64,000 nt of DNA, from contig JAGOAU010000008.1 of NCBI GenBank assembly GCA_017983755.1, forward strand, positions 19,772-83,771, read 5' to 3'. Positions 58,842-64,000 of this stretch are shown piece after piece (the stretch's first letter is position 1; each line of letters begins with the position of its first letter). This DNA is from Azonexus sp. Its GTDB lineage: Bacteria > Pseudomonadota > Gammaproteobacteria > Burkholderiales > Rhodocyclaceae. The position numbers and the translations under genes are program-made. Under the pieces are notes generated by a model that was not told the origin of the DNA, ran no database searches, and was given only the letters and a program-made list of their open reading frames with translations.

Positions 58842-58882
58842 ATTATAGGAAGGCGTGCGATCCGGCATTTGATACAACGCAA
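58842..58882 (-). promoter_or_regulatory. FNR/DNR-type class II promoter of iorAB
   Basis: TTGAT-ACAA-CGCAA (58869-58882) centred about 41 bp upstream of the start implied by minus-strand TATAAT (58842-58847); no recognisable -35. Confidence 0.55.
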
Positions 58883-59009
58883 GGCATGTTGCAATTATTT
58901 TTTGTGTAATTAGCCATCCGGCGCCAGTGGCTTTTCAATATCTGGATCAAAGCCACGCAGCGACGCCCGGCGCAGAATCATTCACTCGCCAGTACCCGGA
59001 AGCACAAGC

Positions 59010-59612
59010 ATGGTCGCAGCGGTCCTCCACAGCCCCCCAGAAATCCCCGTCGCGGATGGAAGGCGCATTCCCGGCAACAAGGGAATCTGGGTCGGCATCA
59101 CCTGCGAAATCATCGAGTTCGTCGTCCTCTTCGCGGTCTATTTCGTCGCCCGCGCCCATTTCCCGGACGCCTTTCACGAGGGTGCGCAGCGCCTCTCGGT
59201 CCTCGCCGGCACCGTCATCACGCTGCTGATGGTGACCAGCAGCTATTTCATTGCCTGCTCGGTCAACGCCATCCGCCTTGGCAGACACCGCGCCGCCGTC
59301 GCCTGGCTGGTCGCCGGGCTGGTGGTGGCGCTTGGCTACCCTGTCGCCAAATTCCTCGAAATCAGCTGGAACCTGGCGCACGGCATCGACGGCAGTTCCG
59401 GCATTTTCTTCACCGTCTATTACTACCTGACCTTCAATCATCTGGTGCATGCCACCTGGGGCATTCTCGGCATTCTCTGGGTGCTCGCCCGCCTGCTCTT
59501 CCACGGCTACACGGCGGCGGATCATTCCGGACTGGAAGCGCTGGCCAGCTATTGGCACGCGACCGACATCATCTGGCTGATCATCTTCCCGCTGTTCTAC
59601 GTGCTGGCCTGA
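59010..59612 (+). CDS. Heme-copper oxidase subunit III-like protein (NorE-like)
   Basis: GIWV..CE..EF..LF..Y, T.LMVTSS, FFTVYYYLTFNHLVH, YWHATDIIW...FPLFY. Confidence 0.85.
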   Translation: MVAAVLHSPPEIPVADGRRIPGNKGIWVGITCEIIEFVVLFAVYFVARAHFPDAFHEGAQRLSVLAGTVITLLMVTSSYFIACSVNAIRLGRHRAAVAWLVAGLVVALGYPVAKFLEISWNLAHGIDGSSGIFFTVYYYLTFNHLVHATWGILGILWVLARLLFHGYTAADHSGLEALASYWHATDIIWLIIFPLFYVLA

Positions 59613-59614
59613 CC

Positions 59615-59911
59615 ATGGAATCGAAAATCGACCGTTTTCGCGTGTTGACCGCAGCATGGCTGGGGCTGGTGGCCCTGACGCTGGTCGGCCTCGGCCTCGG
59701 CGAATGGTTCCGCGACGCACGCTGGCTGCCCTTGCTGGTCGCCGCCATCATCTGGCTCAAGGGGGCGCTGGTGGCGCGCCAGTTCATCGAGTCGCACCTC
59801 GCCCACCCGTTCATCGCCCGCCTGTTGCAGGGTTTCATTGCCATCGCGCCGACTGCCCTGATCCTCACCGCCTTCTTCGGCGACACGCTGGCCCGCTGGG
59901 CCACGCTTTAA
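59615..59911 (+). CDS. Small membrane protein, oxidase subunit IV/NorF-like
   Basis: AWLGLVALT, K..LV...F.E, three TM segments; starts 2 bp after the subunit III-like gene. Confidence 0.7.
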   Translation: MESKIDRFRVLTAAWLGLVALTLVGLGLGEWFRDARWLPLLVAAIIWLKGALVARQFIESHLAHPFIARLLQGFIAIAPTALILTAFFGDTLARWATL

Positions 59912-60187
59912 ACCACCCGGACTGCACATCTCGCCCCCGCCGCTGAACGGCCGGGTGCGACGAAACACGTCCACCGGTTCGCGATCGCCTACGGGATATC
60001 CCCAAGAGAAATTTCGCAAAAATCGCGGTCGACCGTATTGCACGATGCGAATTTAGTTTTTACAATGCGAAACGTTGCCTAGGGGTAATTACGGGTTTGC
60101 GATCCATCCCCGAAGCGCCACAATTAGCGTTAAAGTCGCTTTGCTTAAAAGGCGAAGCGGAGTCAAAACCAACTTAGGAGACAAAAC

Positions 60188-62869
60188 ATGGCCGACCAGC
60201 CGAATGCCCTGCCTGATCCGACGGACGCAGATCCCCAGGAAACACAAGAATGGACCGAGGCGCTGCAAGGCGTCATTGCCCAGGAAGGCCCCAAGCGGGC
60301 GCACTATCTGATCGAGAAGGTCATCGGCCAGGCCCGTGAAGCCGGGGTCGATATTCCGTACTCTGCCAACACCGAATACATCAACACCATTCCCGCCGAC
60401 CAGCAGCCCAAGTACCCGGGCAACGCGGACATGGAAATCAAGATTCACTCCTACATCCGCTGGAACGCCATGGCCATGGTCGTGCGTGCCAACAAGGACA
60501 CCAACGTCGGCGGCCACATCGCCTCCTTCGCCTCCGCCGCCGCGCTCTACGACGTCGGCTTCTCGCATTTCTGGAAAGGCATCAACGACGAAACCGGCGG
60601 CGACCTGATCTTCTTCCAGGGCCACTCGGTGCCGGGCGTCTATTCTCGCGCCTTCATGCTCGGCCGCCTGACCGAGGAGCAGATGGACAACTTCCGCCAG
60701 GAAACCGACGGCAAGGGCATCTCCTCCTACCCGCACCCGTGGCTGATGCCCGATTTCTGGCAGTTCCCGACCGTCTCGATGGGCCTCGGCCCGATCCAGG
60801 CCATCTACCAGGCCCGCTTCATGAAGTACCTGGCTTCGCGCGGCCTGATCGACGCCGCCAAGGCGGAAAAGCGCAAGGTCTGGGCCTTCCTCGGCGACGG
60901 CGAGACCGACGAAGTCGAATCGCTCGGCGCCATCGGCATGGCCGGCCGTGAAAAGCTGGACAACCTGATCTTCGTCATCAACTGCAACCTGCAGCGCCTC
61001 GACGGCCCGGTCCGCGGCAACGGCAAGATTATCCAGGAACTCGAATCCGAATTCCGCGGCTCCGGCTGGAACGTCGTCAAGCTGATCTGGGGCACGCAGT
61101 GGGACACCCTGTTCAACCGCGACAAGAAGGGCATCCTCAAGAAGCGCATGATGGAACTGTGCGACGGCGAGTACCAGACCTTCAAGGCCAAGAACGGCGC
61201 CTACGTCCGCGAGCATTTCTTCAACACGCCGGAACTGCGCGAACTGGTCGCCGACTGGACCGATGACCAGGTCTGGCAACTGAATCGCGGCGGCCACGAC
61301 ATCTTCAAGATCTTCGCCGCCTACAACGCCGCCGTCACCCACAAGGGTGCCCCGACGCTGATCCTGGCCAAGACCATCAAGGGCTTCGGCATGGGCCAGG
61401 CTGGCGAAGCGATGAACATTTCCCACCAGCAGAAGAAAATGGACAAGGAGCAGATCGGCCGCTTCCGCGACCGCTTCAACCTGCCGGTCCCCGACGACAA
61501 GCTGGAAGAACTGCCCTACCTGACCTTCCCGGAAGACTCCGAGGAATACAAGTACATGCGCCAGCGCCGCATGGACCTCGGCGGCTTCCTGCCGCAGCGC
61601 CGGCGCAAGGCCGAGCCGCTGGCCATCCCGCCGCTCGACACCTTCGCCGCCCTGCTCAAGGCTTCCGGCGAAGGCCGCGAACTGTCCACGACCATGGCCA
61701 TCGTCCGCATCATGAACATGATGTTGAAGGACAAGAATGTCGGCAAGAACGTCGTGCCCATCGTGCCGGACGAGTCCCGCACCTTCGGCATGGAAGGCAT
61801 GTTCCGCTCGGTCGGCATCTGGAACCAGGAAGGCCAGAACTACGTGCCGGAAGACCATGACCAGCTCATGTTCTACAAGGAATCGAAAACCGGTCAGGTA
61901 CTGCAGGAAGGCATCAACGAGTCGGGCGCGATGAGCGACTGGATCGCCGCCGCCACCTCGTACTCGGTGCATAACGTCCAGACGATTCCGTTCTACATCT
62001 GCTACTCGATGTTCGGCCTGCAGCGCGTCATGGACCTCTGCTGGGCAGCCGGCGACCAGCGCGCCCGCGGCTTCCTGATCGGCGGCACCGCCGGCCGCAC
62101 GACGCTGAACGGCGAAGGCCTGCAGCACGAGGATGGCCACAGCCTGATCCTCTCCAACCTGATCCCGAACTGCGTCTCCTACGACCCGACCTTCCAGTAC
62201 GAAGTCGCCGTGATCGCCCAGGACGGCATGCGCCGCATGTTTGCTGAGCAGGAAGACGTGTTCTATTACCTGACGGTGATGAACGAGAACTACGAGCACC
62301 CCGAAATGCCGGCCGGTGCCGAAGCCGACATCATCAAGGGCATGTACCTGTTCAAGAAGGGTGGCGAAGGCAAGCTGCGCGTCCAGCTGCTCGGTTCGGG
62401 CACCATCTTCCGCGAAGTCATCGCCGCCGCCGACCTGCTCAAGGCCGACTGGGGCGTCGAAGCCGACATCTGGGGCTGCCCGTCGTTCAACGAACTGGTC
62501 CGCAACGGCCAGGACGTCGCCCGCTGGAACCTGCTGCATCCGCTTGAGGCGCCGAAGCTGTCGCATGTCGAGGAAAAGCTGGCCGGCAACACCAGCCCGG
62601 TCATCGCTTCCACCGACTACGTCAAGCTCTTCGCCGAACAGATCCGCCCCTTCGTCAAGGCCCCCTACGTCACGCTGGGCACCGACGGCTTCGGTCGTTC
62701 CGATACCCGCGAGAAGCTGCGCCACCATTTCGAGGTCGACCGTCACTGGGTAACGCTGGCCGCCCTCAAGGCGTTGGCCGACAACGGCGAGATCGCCCGC
62801 GAGAAGGTCGCCGCCGCGCTGGTCAAATACAACCTGGATCCGGCCAAGCCGAATCCGATGTCGGTATAA
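60188..62869 (+). CDS. aceE: Pyruvate dehydrogenase E1 (homodimeric)
   Basis: D.DPQETQEW, GGHIAS, SSYPHP, GDGETDE, NCNLQRLDGPV, GEGLQH, GTDGFGRSD. Confidence 0.98.
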   Translation: MADQPNALPDPTDADPQETQEWTEALQGVIAQEGPKRAHYLIEKVIGQAREAGVDIPYSANTEYINTIPADQQPKYPGNADMEIKIHSYIRWNAMAMVVRANKDTNVGGHIASFASAAALYDVGFSHFWKGINDETGGDLIFFQGHSVPGVYSRAFMLGRLTEEQMDNFRQETDGKGISSYPHPWLMPDFWQFPTVSMGLGPIQAIYQARFMKYLASRGLIDAAKAEKRKVWAFLGDGETDEVESLGAIGMAGREKLDNLIFVINCNLQRLDGPVRGNGKIIQELESEFRGSGWNVVKLIWGTQWDTLFNRDKKGILKKRMMELCDGEYQTFKAKNGAYVREHFFNTPELRELVADWTDDQVWQLNRGGHDIFKIFAAYNAAVTHKGAPTLILAKTIKGFGMGQAGEAMNISHQQKKMDKEQIGRFRDRFNLPVPDDKLEELPYLTFPEDSEEYKYMRQRRMDLGGFLPQRRRKAEPLAIPPLDTFAALLKASGEGRELSTTMAIVRIMNMMLKDKNVGKNVVPIVPDESRTFGMEGMFRSVGIWNQEGQNYVPEDHDQLMFYKESKTGQVLQEGINESGAMSDWIAAATSYSVHNVQTIPFYICYSMFGLQRVMDLCWAAGDQRARGFLIGGTAGRTTLNGEGLQHEDGHSLILSNLIPNCVSYDPTFQYEVAVIAQDGMRRMFAEQEDVFYYLTVMNENYEHPEMPAGAEADIIKGMYLFKKGGEGKLRVQLLGSGTIFREVIAAADLLKADWGVEADIWGCPSFNELVRNGQDVARWNLLHPLEAPKLSHVEEKLAGNTSPVIASTDYVKLFAEQIRPFVKAPYVTLGTDGFGRSDTREKLRHHFEVDRHWVTLAALKALADNGEIAREKVAAALVKYNLDPAKPNPMSV

Positions 62870-62884
62870 GAAGGGAGAGACGAC

Positions 62885-64000
62885 ATGAGCCAAATCATTG
62901 AAGTCAAAGTCCCCGATATCGGCGATTTCTCCGACGTCCCGGTCATCGACCTGTTCGTCAAGGTCGGCGACAGCATCAAGGTCGACGACGCGATCGCCAC
63001 GCTCGAATCCGACAAGGCGACGATGGACGTCCCGTCCACCGTCGAAGGTGTCATCAAGGAAGTTCTGGTCCAGCTCGGCTCCAAGGTCAGCGAAGGTGTC
63101 GTGCTGATCAAGGTCGAAACTGGTGGTGCTGCTGCGGCTGCACCGGCTCCGGCCGCCCAGGCTGCCGCACCGGCACCTGCAGCAGCGCCCGCTGCGGCAC
63201 CGGCTGCCGCCCCGGCCGCCGGTGGTGGCGTGGTCGATGTCAAGGTGCCGGATATCGGCGACTTCTCCGACGTGCCGGTCATCGACCTGTTCGTCAAGGT
63301 CGGCGACAGCATCAAGGTCGACGATGCGATTGCCACGCTGGAATCCGACAAGGCGACGATGGATGTGCCGAGCACGGTTGCCGGCACGGTCAAGGAAGTG
63401 CTGGTCCAGCTCGGTTCCAAGGTCAGCGAAGGCGTCGTGCTGATCAAGGTCGAAACCGGTGCTGGTGCACCGGCTGCCGCCCCCGCACCGGCTGCTGCTG
63501 CCCCGGCGCCAGCTCCCGCCGCTGCCCCGGTTTCTGCCCCGGCAGCTGCGTCGACCGCAGCAGCCGCCCCGGCGACACTGGCTCCGGCTCTGCCGCTCGG
63601 CGCCAAGGTCCATGCCTCGCCGTCGGTCCGCGCCTATGCCCGCGAGCTCGGCGTCGATCTGTCCAAGGTGCCGGCCACCGGCCCCAAGGGCCGCATCGTC
63701 AAGGAAGATCTGACCAAGTACGTCAAGGGCGTTATGTCCGGTGCCATTTCCGGCCCGGTCGCTGCCGCTGGCGGCGGTATCAGTGGTGGCGGCACGCTCG
63801 ACCTGCTGCCGTGGCCGAAGGTTGATTTCGCCAAGTTCGGCGAGATCGAGGTCAAGCCGCTGTCGCGCATCAAGAAGATTTCCGGCCAGAACCTGTCGCG
63901 CAACTGGGTCATGATCCCGGCCGTCACCTACCACGAGGACGCCGACATCACCGAGCTCGAAGCCTTCCGCGTCCTGCTCAACAAGGAGAACGAGAAGGGC
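62885..64000 (+). CDS. aceF: Dihydrolipoamide acetyltransferase E2 with two lipoyl domains; truncated by the right window edge
   Basis: MSQIIEVKVPDIGDF..ESDKATMDVP twice, Ala/Pro linkers, HASPSVR..ARELGVDL, LSRNWVMIP. Confidence 0.96.
   Translation, partial: MSQIIEVKVPDIGDFSDVPVIDLFVKVGDSIKVDDAIATLESDKATMDVPSTVEGVIKEVLVQLGSKVSEGVVLIKVETGGAAAAAPAPAAQAAAPAPAAAPAAAPAAAPAAGGGVVDVKVPDIGDFSDVPVIDLFVKVGDSIKVDDAIATLESDKATMDVPSTVAGTVKEVLVQLGSKVSEGVVLIKVETGAGAPAAAPAPAAAAPAPAPAAAPVSAPAAASTAAAAPATLAPALPLGAKVHASPSVRAYARELGVDLSKVPATGPKGRIVKEDLTKYVKGVMSGAISGPVAAAGGGISGGGTLDLLPWPKVDFAKFGEIEVKPLSRIKKISGQNLSRNWVMIPAVTYHEDADITELEAFRVLLNKENEKG
62903..63464 (+). repeat. Intragenic duplication of the lipoyl domain
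   Basis: About 225-bp copies starting at 62903 and 63239 (offset 336 nt). Confidence 0.9.

Noticed and set aside
60089-63934. 1281-aa minus-strand ORF
   Set aside because: Antisense shadow of aceE/aceF caused by high-GC codon bias; no motifs

Overview
High-GC betaproteobacterial chromosome segment. Gene content and protein style suggest Rhodocyclales (Dechloromonas/Azonexus-like); this is inference. Most of it is housekeeping: folE2, kup, ssb, sulfate ABC transporter, hemA-prfA-prmC-grxD, an RND pump, tamAB, tsaC-purK-purE-folD, iorAB and aceE-aceF. It also holds tRNA-Ala(CGC) and a yybP-ykoY riboswitch ahead of a TerC/Alx gene. The standout is a ~7 kb integrase-less island (about 14.4-21.3 kb) inserted in the 3' end of terC, which left an 85-bp decayed duplicate of that end next to cti. 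The island carries one tightly coupled operon, hsdR-hsdM-hsdS-HipA-like kinase-HipS/HIRAN protein. This is a Type I restriction-modification system linked to a putative DNA-end-sensing kinase toxin/antitoxin pair, a candidate layered anti-phage system. Other points of interest are a B12-type CarH/LitR photoreceptor with a readable operator, a DUF3141-Gcr-tamA-tamB operon, FNR-type promoters, and two small unexplained ORFs next to the tRNA. All family calls come from motif recognition by eye; no database search was run.
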